A stretch of 64,000 nt of DNA from Candidatus Micrarchaeota archaeon (GCA_023129075.1 JAGMCT010000002.1:67077-131076), one strand, 5' to 3'; numbered from the stretch's first letter, positions 35,723 through 45,673 are shown. Translations and numbers: made by a program. Notes: generated by a model not told the origin, from the sequence alone.

Positions 35723-36202
35723 TTGTTTATATGTTACTGCATGCTGAAACAAGAGGAACAGCAGATTGTTCCCCGCCTAAAAAAATTCAAAAGAGATGAG
35801 GCAGTTGTTCCTCTGCCCCATGAGCGCTATTCTTTTTTGGAGGAAGGTCATAAGGAAAGTTTGATTTATTCATATATTCCTGTACTTAGATACAAATTCA
35901 ATGGAGAATTTGAGCAGGTTCTCAACCTGGAAAAAGATGATAGATTCGCAGTTTATGAAGGAGTTATTCTCGGAGTGCATTCTTCTATTGTTGAGGGAAT
36001 AAATAAAATAAAAAAGAAAAAAACAAGAGGAAGGAGAAAGATAACGCGCGATGAAATTATTTCTCTTATTCTTTCCAATCCAAAAATAAAGGCAGAAGAC
36101 TTGATAGGCAAGGTTCCGCCCTCTTTATTCAGCAGGCTTATGCTTTTTGTTAAATACAGAGCGAACAACCAGGAATCTCTTCTTGAGTTCCTGAAGAAGT
36201 GA
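35723..36202 (+). CDS. Hypothetical protein (159 aa), possibly with a C-terminal winged-helix-like domain
   Basis: ORF with locus-typical composition. No recognisable motif. Confidence 0.4.
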   Translation: MFICYCMLKQEEQQIVPRLKKFKRDEAVVPLPHERYSFLEEGHKESLIYSYIPVLRYKFNGEFEQVLNLEKDDRFAVYEGVILGVHSSIVEGINKIKKKKTRGRRKITRDEIISLILSNPKIKAEDLIGKVPPSLFSRLMLFVKYRANNQESLLEFLKK

Positions 36203-36212
36203 GAGAGGGAAG

Positions 36213-36725
36213 ATGTTAATCGTTTTAAGACTGGGACACAGGCTTCCAAGAGATGAAAGAATAACCACACATGTCTGTCTTGTTGCAAGGGCTTTTGGTG
36301 CTGATGAGATTATTTATTCTGGACAGAAAGACAAAGGTCTTGAGAAATCAGTAAAAAAAATTGTTTCCGATTGGGGGGGAAATTTTAAGATTGGATACAC
36401 AGAAGACCCCGTTGGATTAATAAAAGAATTCAAGGAAAAAGATTTTTACATACTCCATCTTACGATGTATGGTTTTGGAATGGAAGAGATGAAAAAAGAG
36501 AAAGGCAGGAACACCCTCATAATCATAGGCGGAGGAAAGGTTCCTTCAGAGGTTTACGGACTTGCTGATTTTAATATTTCAATAACAAACCAGCCGCATT
36601 CCGAAGTTGCTGCTCTTGCAATTACGCTTGACCGTTTATTTAAAGGAAAAGAATTGAAATTAGAATTCAAGGGAAAGAAAAGAATAGTTCCCTCTGCGAG
36701 AGGGAAAAAGCTCACTGAATTTTGA
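36213..36725 (+). CDS. trm56: tRNA (cytidine56-2'-O)-methyltransferase aTrm56 (SPOUT)
   Basis: N-terminal LRLGHRLPRDERITTHVCLVARAFGADEIIY is the aTrm56 signature. About 170 aa. Confidence 0.8.
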   Translation: MLIVLRLGHRLPRDERITTHVCLVARAFGADEIIYSGQKDKGLEKSVKKIVSDWGGNFKIGYTEDPVGLIKEFKEKDFYILHLTMYGFGMEEMKKEKGRNTLIIIGGGKVPSEVYGLADFNISITNQPHSEVAALAITLDRLFKGKELKLEFKGKKRIVPSARGKKLTEF

Positions 36726-38109
36726 AGAAAGCAGCGAACAATACCATGAGCAATGCCCCTATTGGAACAGGACAAGCTGTTTTATGCCCCTCCACTTCAT
36801 TTGTTACTATGTCCTGATAATTCTGCTCTTCTTCATCTTCTTCTGGTTGTTCAGGCTCTTCCTGCTGTTCGGTTTTATTTTCTACAATAGGTTCCTCAGG
36901 TTCCTGCGGTTCTTCAATTTCTTTAGGTTCTTCTTCAATATAATCCCATGCATATCCACCCTGGGTTAATCCGGAAATGGTCATTAGGGACGTCTGGTCT
37001 GTGCACTGAAATTCTGCTTCTGTTTCTTCCCCTGCAAGTATTCCCACCCTTGTTTTTCCATCTTCTTTATAATACAGGGTATTGTAACAGCCAGGGAGTT
37101 CTGCTTGAATGGAAGCACTCTTGAACTTAAAACCCGGACCAAAATAAAAGAATCCTTCTCCATCCGTAAAACTCTCTTCGTTTAAGTAGTGTCCCTTTGA
37201 ACTCATTGGTATTGACAGGCTTGCACTAAGAATCAGTTCGTTATTGCCTGTTTTCATCAGAAGATTTGTTATGGTCAGCGGAATCCCCATTATTTTTATA
37301 TAGCCTGTCTGCTCATCTACTGTATTGTCCTTCAGGCTTGCTGAGCCTCCATTTGCAAGAACAGCGTATTCACCATTTGCCTTGAATTTATTATTTTCTA
37401 TTATATTGTTTTGGGAGAGAAACTTTAATCCATTTTTGTTTCTTTCTATGATATTATTTATTACCCTGCTTCCAGTTGCATCAGTCCACAATACAATTCC
37501 TTCCAGAGCATTTAGATTTATGTAATTTCCATCTACTTCACTCCCTTCCCCTTCAATTTCAATACCTATCGCATTCTGATAAACTTCATTATCCATTATT
37601 TTCGTTTCTTTTGCTCCTGATTTTATCCCAGTTCCGGTATTTTTGTACACTTTGTTATCATGAATACTGATGGTTTCTCCGAATTTGCCGTCTATATAGA
37701 TCCCTATTTCATTGCCGTATGTTTCGCTGTTTTTTATCTCAGCCCCAGCACCCTGGTTTAGGTCTATTCCATATCCGCATCCGTTTATCTTAACATCATC
37801 TATCTCAATGTTATAACCACTCACTTCTATCCCTTTTTCAAAATCGTTTATCTCACAATTAATTATTTTTATATTATCTTCAAGCACTTCTATTCCCGTT
37901 GCTATGTTTTTTCCATCACCAATTATTTTTCTTCCATTGCAGTCTATTGTAACATCATCAACTATTATTCGTATACACGAATCTTCCAAATTCCTTCTCA
38001 GGTCATCTGTCAATAGATAGGTCCCTTCTTCATCTATAACGACGCATTCCTCAATTTCCATCCCGATTATTAGGCTAAACAAAAGCAGAACAAATACAAT
38101 TTTTTTCAT
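36712..38109 (-). CDS. Secreted right-handed parallel beta-helix (PbH1/NosD-like) repeat protein with an acidic linker and a C-terminal hydrophobic anchor
   Basis: Signal peptide MKKIVFVLLLFSLIIG. Repeated GxxI...N/D beta-helix rungs. C-terminal PEEDEEEQ linker and TACPVPIGALLMVLFAAFF. Confidence 0.6.
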   Translation of the reverse strand: MKKIVFVLLLFSLIIGMEIEECVVIDEEGTYLLTDDLRRNLEDSCIRIIVDDVTIDCNGRKIIGDGKNIATGIEVLEDNIKIINCEINDFEKGIEVSGYNIEIDDVKINGCGYGIDLNQGAGAEIKNSETYGNEIGIYIDGKFGETISIHDNKVYKNTGTGIKSGAKETKIMDNEVYQNAIGIEIEGEGSEVDGNYINLNALEGIVLWTDATGSRVINNIIERNKNGLKFLSQNNIIENNKFKANGEYAVLANGGSASLKDNTVDEQTGYIKIMGIPLTITNLLMKTGNNELILSASLSIPMSSKGHYLNEESFTDGEGFFYFGPGFKFKSASIQAELPGCYNTLYYKEDGKTRVGILAGEETEAEFQCTDQTSLMTISGLTQGGYAWDYIEEEPKEIEEPQEPEEPIVENKTEQQEEPEQPEEDEEEQNYQDIVTNEVEGHKTACPVPIGALLMVLFAAFFKIQ

Positions 38110-38609
38110 ATTCTTACCTCTTTTTCTTCTTTTCCCTGTTCTTTGTTTTCATATAGGGCAAGTAGAAACAATAAATCCGAAAGCCTGTTTAGATAAATTA
38201 GTATATATTTTTTGGGATTGAGAGCAAGAGCTTTCCTCTCCACCCTTCTGCTTACTGTTCTTGCAACATGCAGAAAGGCAGAACCCTTTGAACCACCAGG
38301 AACTATAAAATGTCTGAGACTGCCAATGATTTTTTCCATTTCAGCTATTCTTTTTTCTATTTTTTTCACATACTCTTTTTTCATATCTTCCCCATTTATC
38401 ATCAGGGGGGGCACCATAAATAGTTCTTTTTGTATCTCTTCTATTATTGTTTTTACCTTTCTTTTATTTATGTAAAGAACTGCAAGGCCGAGATATGAAT
38501 TAAGTTCGTCCATTTCTCCAAAACATTCTATTTCCGGAGAGGTTTTTGGAACCCTTTTTCCACCTGGAAGAGTAGTTGTGCCGTCATCTCCAAGTCCTGT
38601 TGAAATCAT
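38106..38609 (-). CDS. ATP:cob(I)alamin adenosyltransferase, PduO/MMAB type
   Basis: N-terminal TGLGDDGTTTLPGGKRVPKTSPEIECFGEMDELNSYLG matches the PduO-type ATR signature. Confidence 0.7.
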   Translation of the reverse strand: MISTGLGDDGTTTLPGGKRVPKTSPEIECFGEMDELNSYLGLAVLYINKRKVKTIIEEIQKELFMVPPLMINGEDMKKEYVKKIEKRIAEMEKIIGSLRHFIVPGGSKGSAFLHVARTVSRRVERKALALNPKKYILIYLNRLSDLLFLLALYENKEQGKEEKEVRI

Positions 38610-38842
38610 ATTTCTCTTTCTCCGTTTTTTTCTATGTGAATGCAGTTTACGGGACAGGATGTTGCAGCCTCTTTTGAACAGCCGATATCTTCAACCTCTA
38701 GAATATGTTCTTTGCCTTCTTTTTTTGCTCCTTTAAGATTGACTTTTCCATCAGGGTCCATCTCCCAATGAAGAGGACAAATGACTGCACAGGCTCCGCA
38801 CCCTATACAAATATCCCTATCATGGATTATTTTGTTTGCCAT
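38606..38842 (-). CDS. 4Fe-4S ferredoxin
   Basis: CIGCGACAVICP ... CSKEAATSCPVNCI (two Cys clusters). Overlaps the ATR gene start (operon). Confidence 0.7.
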   Translation of the reverse strand: MANKIIHDRDICIGCGACAVICPLHWEMDPDGKVNLKGAKKEGKEHILEVEDIGCSKEAATSCPVNCIHIEKNGEREI

Positions 38843-38874
38843 AATATCACAACTTTGTTTTCTCAGAAAATAAT

Positions 38875-39576
38875 TTAAAAGGAGGGGTTTTTTAGAAATG
38901 AGAACTTCTCAGGGTTTTCTTTGAATTCCTTAAGCAAATCAGAAACAACAATTCCATATTTGTAAAGGGTTTCAGATGGTTTCATTTTTTTCATATCCTT
39001 TATTATATAATTCTGGTTTTGAACAAGCATTCTTTCATTTGTATAGTAGTATGCAGCACCGTTGTTCTTTTTATACTCCCCGTATTGGGATTCAAAACCA
39101 TCATAAACAAGATTGCCCATCACAAGAACTTCCTCAAGCGGATTTATGGAAACATGTCCGTAATCCGGAAGCATAAGAATGACATCCCCTTTTTCAGCCT
39201 GTACAATAACAACCTCTACGCTTTCATTGTTGTTTCTTTTCTGCATTATGAAAATCGCCCCTCCGCTGAGAATCTGGTAGAGTTCAGGATATTCCTTTCC
39301 GCTCTGGGATTTTGTATGGTAATGTCCGTAGGTTTTCACATATTCCTTCCCTACAATTCTCGGGGGGATTACAGTTATATCATATCTTATGTCATCTATT
39401 TTCATTATGTCTCTGTACATGAAGTAAAGCGCAGGGTCAAGCTCGTTTTTTGGAAAACTCATAAGAACATCCTTCATATCGCTTAATTTTCTTGTTGAGA
39501 ATGAGCGGGGATTTCCGTTAATGTAGATATTCCTCCCCAAAAGTTCCATTCTTAGAGGTTCTTCATAAAGGATCAT
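38875..39576 (-). CDS. pgiA: Cupin-type glucose-6-phosphate isomerase (archaeal cPGI)
   Basis: TYGHYH metal motif, GEYPELYQIL...GHVSIN cupin motifs. About 230 aa. Confidence 0.65.
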   Translation of the reverse strand: MILYEEPLRMELLGRNIYINGNPRSFSTRKLSDMKDVLMSFPKNELDPALYFMYRDIMKIDDIRYDITVIPPRIVGKEYVKTYGHYHTKSQSGKEYPELYQILSGGAIFIMQKRNNNESVEVVIVQAEKGDVILMLPDYGHVSINPLEEVLVMGNLVYDGFESQYGEYKKNNGAAYYYTNERMLVQNQNYIIKDMKKMKPSETLYKYGIVVSDLLKEFKENPEKFSFLKNPSF

Positions 39577-39998
39577 CTCATATCCTCCTTGTGTTTTTCA
39601 AATTCAAGCTGTTTTTCTTTTCTTTTTGATACTATTAATTTTTCTTTCCTCATTTTTATCAGAAGTATTCTTATAAATTTCAGGACTTCCTGCTTTTCCT
39701 CATTGTATTTCTCAAGTTTTTTTTCTATTTTTGGAACGAGTTTGCTCAGTTTCACATAAAAACCCGTGCTCAGTTCCGGCATCTTATCCGGGTGCTGAAG
39801 ATGCTCATAAAGAACCTGTTTTATCATCTTAAGACTTTTTGCTATTTTTTTTGTTTCTTTTTCTTCAGTAGAAAAGGTTATCTCAAGATTTCTGGCGATT
39901 GCTGCGAGTTCTTCCCAATCAAGATTTTCAATTTGCTTCTCTTCCATATATATCCTTTCCATCCGAATATTAATAATAGTATCCTTAGATGTTTTCAA
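39573..39998 (-). CDS. Hypothetical charged helical protein (possible start at M 39962)
   Basis: ORF overlapping pgiA by 4 nt. No motif recognised. Confidence 0.4.
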   Translation of the reverse strand: MKTSKDTIINIRMERIYMEEKQIENLDWEELAAIARNLEITFSTEEKETKKIAKSLKMIKQVLYEHLQHPDKMPELSTGFYVKLSKLVPKIEKKLEKYNEEKQEVLKFIRILLIKMRKEKLIVSKRKEKQLEFEKHKEDMR

Positions 39999-40101
39999 GA
40001 ATATAATTTTTGTTATTTTTTATTCCAGTTGCTGACACGCAGTTTGAGAGAAAAAACAAAAATCCGAATAGATATTAAAACCTTTACTTCAATATCTCTT
40101 C

Positions 40102-41385
40102 ATGCTTCTAAGCGTTAAGTATGCACCATCAAAACTTGATGAGATTATAGGAAATGTCAGTGTTAAAGAGGTTGTGCAGAAATGGATGCTTAATTGGATT
40201 AGGGGCAGGGTCCAGAAGCCGGTTTTGATTTACGGCCCCCCTGGAATAGGTAAAACAGCCATTGCCTATGCTCTGAAAAAAGAGCACGACCTTGAACTTA
40301 TTGAGATGAATGCAGGCGATTTCAGGAACAAAGAAAACATAAATCGTATCCTTAACAATTCTATGCTTGCTTCAACAATAAGCGGAAAGAAAAGATTTGT
40401 TTTGATAGATGATGTGGATGCTATGAGCAGGGAAGATGCCGGGGGAGTTTCGGCCATTGTTTCATTTCTTAAGAACAGCCCCCACCCCGTAATGCTGACA
40501 GCCATAGACGGATGGAACAGGAAGATAAGCTCTTTGAGGTCTCACTGCCAGCTGTTGGATATGAAGAGGCCTCCGAAACCCACTATTCTTAAATATTTGG
40601 AGAAGATTGCCAAGAAAGAAAAGATTGAGATTACTAATGAGCTTCTTCATGAAATTGTGGATTCTAATCATGGGGATGTCAGGGCTTGTCTTGTTGACCT
40701 TGAAGCAGGAATGAGTTTCAAAAGGGACAGGGATGAAAATATATTTGAGATAATGAGGAAGCTTTTTTCAGGCAGGGATTATTATGAGGTAAGAAACCTT
40801 ACATATGGAACCATTGACCATAATTATCTCAAGTTATGGATAGATGAGAATCTTCCTGCGCAGTATTCAGAAAGACAGCTTGCAGAAGCGTATGATGTTT
40901 TTTCCAGAGCGGATGTTTTTGACGGGCGTATAAGAAAAAGAAATTACTGGGGTTTTCTCAGGTATTCCAGTGATTTGATGACTTCTGGTGTTTCCTTTGT
41001 TGGATTTGAGAATCCACCAAAGTTCGTAAGATATTCATTTCCGAATTATCTAAGGAAGATGGGTGCAACAGTTTCTTCAAGAGCCAAGATGAAATCAATC
41101 CTAAAAAGGATTGCAGGGATTTCGCATACCTCCTCAAAAAGATGCAGGGATTATGTTTATGTTCTTGCAAACCTTGTTCATAAGCACGGAGAGAATGCAG
41201 TTGATTTTTACAGATTAGAAGAAAACGAGCTTGATTTTCTAAAATCTTTTTATAAAATACCTAAAAAACCCAAGAAAAAGCCAAAGAAAACAGAGAAAAA
41301 ATCTGAGAAAGCAGGGGAAAAGAAGAAAAGAGAACCTGAGAAAAAGAAATCCTTAGGGTCTTCTACTCTTCATGAGTTTTTCTGA
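40102..41385 (+). CDS. rfcL: Replication factor C large subunit
   Basis: AAA+ LIYGPPGIGKTAIAYALKKEH. The DEVD-type box is VLIDDVDAM. A C-terminal K-rich tail ends in the PIP-like STLHEFF. Confidence 0.85.
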   Translation: MLLSVKYAPSKLDEIIGNVSVKEVVQKWMLNWIRGRVQKPVLIYGPPGIGKTAIAYALKKEHDLELIEMNAGDFRNKENINRILNNSMLASTISGKKRFVLIDDVDAMSREDAGGVSAIVSFLKNSPHPVMLTAIDGWNRKISSLRSHCQLLDMKRPPKPTILKYLEKIAKKEKIEITNELLHEIVDSNHGDVRACLVDLEAGMSFKRDRDENIFEIMRKLFSGRDYYEVRNLTYGTIDHNYLKLWIDENLPAQYSERQLAEAYDVFSRADVFDGRIRKRNYWGFLRYSSDLMTSGVSFVGFENPPKFVRYSFPNYLRKMGATVSSRAKMKSILKRIAGISHTSSKRCRDYVYVLANLVHKHGENAVDFYRLEENELDFLKSFYKIPKKPKKKPKKTEKKSEKAGEKKKREPEKKKSLGSSTLHEFF

Positions 41386-41393
41386 GTGATAGG

Positions 41394-42155
41394 ATGGAAC
41401 TGGTCTTTTCAAGCATGAATATTGCAAGCATGAATATTGCTGAACATCTTTTTCAAAGGTTTGAGAAAAAGGAAGAGAACATCTGGGTTTACGGCAGTCA
41501 TAGGCTCATAGATTTAAAGGTAGACAGCATTTTGGACATCCCTGATTCGTTCAAAGGCCCTGTTCTTGTTCTTTCAACCCACAAAAGCGAAAAAAATTAT
41601 CCTGCATTTACCACCCACACTCCCGGAAACTGGTCTTCAGCTGATTTTGGTGGGGAGCCCAGAACCCTTAATATTGCCAACGGTTCGTTAATGGTTTCTC
41701 TTTTGAAGAATCTGCATAAAAACAATTCCCTAAACTGGAGTGTTAATCTTGAGGTGGACCATCACGGCCCGACTGTAAGTTACCCAATTACCTATGTTGA
41801 GATAGGCAGTTCGGAAAAGGAGTGGAGGAATAAAGATGCAGGAAGGATAGTTGCTGATTCGGTTTTAGCTTCTTTAGATCATGAGAGGGCAGAAGGTTCA
41901 TATCTTTGCGCCGGCGGGGGGCATTATGCTCCTTTGTTTACAAGGATGGTTCTTGAGAATGGCTTGGTGCCAGGCCATATGCTTCCAAAATATAAGGCCG
42001 GCGAGCTTGAGGAGGATACATTTATTCAGGCGGTTGAAAAGGTTGCTGAAAAAACAAAAGGAATTGTAATGGACAAGGATGGTCTCAACCTGATACAGAA
42101 GAATAAAATAAGGGATTTGGCATCTTCCTATGGGCTTGAGGTGCAGGCGGTTTAA
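41394..42155 (+). CDS. dtdA: D-aminoacyl-tRNA deacylase, archaeal type (DtdA/DTD2)
   Basis: Conserved blocks ASMNI, TTHTPGNW, HHGPT, VEIGSSEKEW, GGGHYAP and GHMLPKY. Confidence 0.8.
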   Translation: MELVFSSMNIASMNIAEHLFQRFEKKEENIWVYGSHRLIDLKVDSILDIPDSFKGPVLVLSTHKSEKNYPAFTTHTPGNWSSADFGGEPRTLNIANGSLMVSLLKNLHKNNSLNWSVNLEVDHHGPTVSYPITYVEIGSSEKEWRNKDAGRIVADSVLASLDHERAEGSYLCAGGGHYAPLFTRMVLENGLVPGHMLPKYKAGELEEDTFIQAVEKVAEKTKGIVMDKDGLNLIQKNKIRDLASSYGLEVQAV

Positions 42156-42250
42156 CTTTTAAAACTATTGTTGCGTATTCTTTTACATTCACACCAAGCC
42201 AAGGTCCATGTTTCCTTCGGAAACTGTTCCTCAGCGTTCGTTGCACTCAC

Positions 42251-42378
42251 GCCAAGGTAGCTCAGTCTGGTTAGAGCGCCAGACTCATAAGGGATTATGA
42301 GTTCTGAGGCAAATGCCTATGATTGAATAGGCGCTCTGAGTAATCTGGAGGTCGGGGGTTCGAAGCCCCCTCTTGGCA
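42251..42378 (+). tRNA. Intron-containing tRNA with anticodon CAU (elongator tRNA-Met, or tRNA-Ile2 if the UAU tRNA call is wrong). The intron is ~55 nt in the anticodon loop
   Basis: GCCAAGGTAGCTCAGTCTGGTTAGAGCGCCAGACTCATA[...intron...]ATCTGGAGGTCGGGGGTTCGAAGCCCCCTCTTGGCA. Anticodon stem CCAGA/UCUGG. T-arm GGGGG-TTCGAAG-CCCCC. No archaeal-initiator features (no A1:U72, no triple GC in the anticodon stem). Confidence 0.75.
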
Positions 42379-42531
42379 TCCAAAAGAAAAGAGGCAAAAT
42401 TCAGATTATTTTTCAGATAGTTTTCTCGGCAATTCTATGAATTTTCAAGATCCCACCTTTTTTCATCAAATTCTAGAGAGTTCAGTGAAATTTCTTATTT
42501 TTTCATCAAGAATTCCAAATAATATATCTTT

Positions 42532-42551
42532 TATGTAACTATGGTTACATA
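42532..42551. promoter_or_regulatory. 8-bp inverted repeat TATGTAAC-TATG-GTTACATA ~60 bp upstream of the PCNA start. Two TTTTTTCATCAA direct repeats (42457-42510) lie further upstream
   Basis: The palindrome and direct repeats are visible in the 230-bp AT-rich leader. Putative operator or binding site. Confidence 0.3.
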
Positions 42552-42607
42552 TAACCCCAACCTTTTTTAATCTTGTTTTAGAATTCCTTTTGGGAGAGAG
42601 TGAGCTT

Positions 42608-43351
42608 ATGAAAATCGTAATTGCAGAAGCAACCAGTTTAAGAGATGCAATAGAAGTTGTAGTAAACCTTGTTGAAGAAGGAACCTTTGAAATCTCAGAA
42701 GAAGGAATTAAGTTAAAAGCAATGGACCCTTCTCAGATTTCCATGGTCTCATTTTCTATGCCAAAGGACGTATTTTCCATTTACGAGGTCTCTGAACCCA
42801 GAAAAGTAGGAGTTGATATAGATAGATTAAGCAAGGTTCTCTCAAGAGGAACCAGAGGCGAAAGCGCAGAGCTTTCCTTTGAAGACAATAGGCTCAGCAT
42901 AAAATTCCTTAAAGAAAAAAGAAGCAGACATTTCAAGATACCTCTTCTTGAACTCAGCGCCGGGGTTGAAAAGGAGCCAAAGATTGAATATAAACAGGAA
43001 GTAGTGATGAGTTCAGAAACAATGAAAGAGATTTTGAAAGACGCAAAGCTCATAAGTTCGCACATCACATTCAGCCTCAATTCCAAAGGATTTTTTGTGC
43101 ATGTAAAAGGAGACAATGGAGAAATAGACGAAGAGTTTGGTGTGGGCACAGAAGAGATAAAAGAGGTAAAAGCAACTTCTGACTCAAGGGCAACATTCCC
43201 TCTCCAATACCTTGAAGACATAGTAAAGGCAAGTAAATCCTCCATAGATATAACGCTCCACCTTGAAACAGATAGACCCTTAAAACTCTCTTATAATGTA
43301 GAGGGTGCACAGGCAGTTTATTATCTTGCCCCAAGAATAGAGAGCATATAA
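42608..43351 (+). CDS. pcn: DNA polymerase sliding clamp PCNA (start preferred at MKIVIAEA)
   Basis: About 247 aa. PCNA pattern ...LRDAIEVVVNLVEEGTFEISEEGIKLKAMDPSQISMV... with both domain halves present. Confidence 0.8.
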   Translation: MKIVIAEATSLRDAIEVVVNLVEEGTFEISEEGIKLKAMDPSQISMVSFSMPKDVFSIYEVSEPRKVGVDIDRLSKVLSRGTRGESAELSFEDNRLSIKFLKEKRSRHFKIPLLELSAGVEKEPKIEYKQEVVMSSETMKEILKDAKLISSHITFSLNSKGFFVHVKGDNGEIDEEFGVGTEEIKEVKATSDSRATFPLQYLEDIVKASKSSIDITLHLETDRPLKLSYNVEGAQAVYYLAPRIESI

Positions 43352-43373
43352 TCCAACCAAGAGGAGAAGAAGA

Positions 43374-44336
43374 ATGAAATCCAAGATCATTAATCCATTC
43401 TTAGTCGTCCTAACCTTCTCATTCTTTTTAATCAGCGGATGCATAGATGATAGAACCGAAACCGGAGCTCCTGGCTGTGATGGCGGTGGATGGGTACCCA
43501 CAGGCTGTCTTGGCAAGTCCCTAATAAAGAACATAACTGTTGAGCCTGCTGTTGCGTGCCTGAAGGTGGATGCAAACAACTGCAACGGCGGCATACTGGG
43601 TATTGAAAATAAGTGCGATGTAGATTTTAAGATTGGCGGCCAAACAATTTATGCCCATTCCTACCAGACCGTTGAGTTTGTAAGAAATGCTGAAGGAGAG
43701 ATATTTGTTATTGAACCCCACGGAAATTTTGATTCCTACAATCCAGAAGATGAAGATTTCCTAAGTTTTAAAGGAACTCTTGGAGAAGAGGAGATTACAA
43801 TCTCCTATTTGAAGAAAAATGTTTGCGGAACTGCAAAAACACCAGACATTGGCGGTGTTTCCTTGGAGATGTTTAAGACCAATTTTGACCCCAGCGAGCC
43901 CGTCGAAGCCTTCGTTGAAGCCGACAAAATGTTTTTTACTGGTTTTCCTGCTTTTGAGGTTTACCAACTGATTGATGAAGAATGGCATTATGTTGATATC
44001 TACGACTTCTTCTGCGCTCTGCCCTGCTCAGCTAACATAAGCGAGATTTGCGGAGGACCGATAGCATGCGCCCCGCTCCCACTCCATTGCATGGATTTTG
44101 ATTTTCTTTCCGATAACTTTGAATGGGACCAGACAATCCTGAAAATCCGCACTATTGAATGCCCTGATTCAAACGAAACAGCGATTTGCTCTTTTGAAGA
44201 AAAGGCCGAACCAGGCACCTACAAATTTGTTTTCCAATATTCCACAAACTGTATTAATACCGAATTTTTCTATGCGGAAGAAAATAATGTTCAAACTATT
44301 GAAAAGACCTTTGAGATTACCCCCAGTGCAGAATAG
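43374..44336 (+). CDS. Secreted Cys-rich lipoprotein-like protein (lipobox-like LISGC)
   Basis: Signal peptide with FFLISGC. About 24 Cys in 320 aa. No known domain. Confidence 0.5.
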   Translation: MKSKIINPFLVVLTFSFFLISGCIDDRTETGAPGCDGGGWVPTGCLGKSLIKNITVEPAVACLKVDANNCNGGILGIENKCDVDFKIGGQTIYAHSYQTVEFVRNAEGEIFVIEPHGNFDSYNPEDEDFLSFKGTLGEEEITISYLKKNVCGTAKTPDIGGVSLEMFKTNFDPSEPVEAFVEADKMFFTGFPAFEVYQLIDEEWHYVDIYDFFCALPCSANISEICGGPIACAPLPLHCMDFDFLSDNFEWDQTILKIRTIECPDSNETAICSFEEKAEPGTYKFVFQYSTNCINTEFFYAEENNVQTIEKTFEITPSAE

Positions 44337-44359
44337 TGAAAGAGCGAATGAACAACTCT

Positions 44360-45673
44360 TTAATTCCGATAATCAAATCCAAATAACCCAACCAGCAAAA
44401 GAAATGCAAGAGGAATACTGCACACATCATTAAAATTGTTCAAATCAACACTACCTTCTCCTATCTTTTCAATAGCAATCTCACTTTTTGATTTTCCTTT
44501 TTTTTCTATAATTATACTTCCATCTATTTCATTGTAACCAGTTTTAATCATAAAAGGAATCGTATGTATAAAATTATCCTCAAGCGCACTCTCATTTATT
44601 TCATAATAAACTGTTTTTAGTTCTCCAGGATTCATGAGAATAAAACTGTAATCATTCCCGTGCACATTTTCATCTATTACAAGTTTCATACATACCGGCA
44701 GATATCTATTCTTTGTATTTTTCATATAAATTTCAAGTTTCTGTTCTGTTGATTCATACACAAAGTCTATATCTATTGGCCCGTCTCTTTCATAGCTGTT
44801 TAATTCTGTTATTTTAACATCACTTTCCATTTCGAACCTGCCTCCCCTTGCACTCATCTGGTCCCCCATCTTTTTCTGGTCTTCTGCATTTGCCATTGCA
44901 ATATGCTCCCCGCTTAGGATACCCATCTCAAAAAATGTTGGGTCAACCGAAATCCATTTTCCATCAATCTTTATTTCTGCCCATGAATGAGACTGCCATC
45001 CTTCCTCCCCTTTTACATATCCTGATACTACATTACCTTCAAATCCTATGCTCTTTGCAAGCGCCAGGAACAGGTGTGAATATTCAACACACACACCCTT
45101 CTTATCCTGAAAGATTTTTTCCGCAGATTCAAATGTTCCCCAATACCCAAGGTCATACTCAAGATTATTGTGCACCCACTCAATAAGTTTTCCTGCAGTA
45201 TCCACCTGCCCTTCTGCTTCCCTTGTTATCTCAATTGCTTTCTGCTGCATTTCCTCAGTATATAAAGTCAGACCGCTTCCATTTACCGGTTTTCCACCCA
45301 ATTCAGGATTCTGCTCAAATCCATCTTCATATTCAATCTCAACCAGACCCCATACCCAAACCTGTTTTTCATCTTCCACCTCTGGAATCTCAAAGATTAC
45401 TCTTATTTCTGTATTATTCCTTTCAAACCTGCATTCATCAGAACATTTCATTTCAATTACTTTTTGGTACGAGGTATTAAGCAAAAAAATAGCATCTATT
45501 TCTATATCACTGATTTTTTCATCAGTCTTTATATTTATTGTTTTATTTATTTCTGCTTTCATATATCCTGTGTTTGCCACTATTATTGTTATAACCAGAA
45601 AAAGCATGAGGACTCTTTTCATGACTTTCTTTTTTTCTTTTCTCCTTTTAATTCTTTCTTTTTCTTTCTCCAC
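44360..45673 (-). CDS. Secreted/membrane-anchored transglutaminase-like cysteine-protease-fold enzyme. An alternative start at M 45622 would give a 4-nt overlap with the giant-gene stop
   Basis: Catalytic-core pattern GVCVEYSHLFLALAKSIG...SHSWAEIKIDGKWISVDPT (Cys-His-Asp). N-terminal signal anchor. Confidence 0.65.
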   Translation of the reverse strand: MEKEKERIKRRKEKKKVMKRVLMLFLVITIIVANTGYMKAEINKTINIKTDEKISDIEIDAIFLLNTSYQKVIEMKCSDECRFERNNTEIRVIFEIPEVEDEKQVWVWGLVEIEYEDGFEQNPELGGKPVNGSGLTLYTEEMQQKAIEITREAEGQVDTAGKLIEWVHNNLEYDLGYWGTFESAEKIFQDKKGVCVEYSHLFLALAKSIGFEGNVVSGYVKGEEGWQSHSWAEIKIDGKWISVDPTFFEMGILSGEHIAMANAEDQKKMGDQMSARGGRFEMESDVKITELNSYERDGPIDIDFVYESTEQKLEIYMKNTKNRYLPVCMKLVIDENVHGNDYSFILMNPGELKTVYYEINESALEDNFIHTIPFMIKTGYNEIDGSIIIEKKGKSKSEIAIEKIGEGSVDLNNFNDVCSIPLAFLLLVGLFGFDYRN

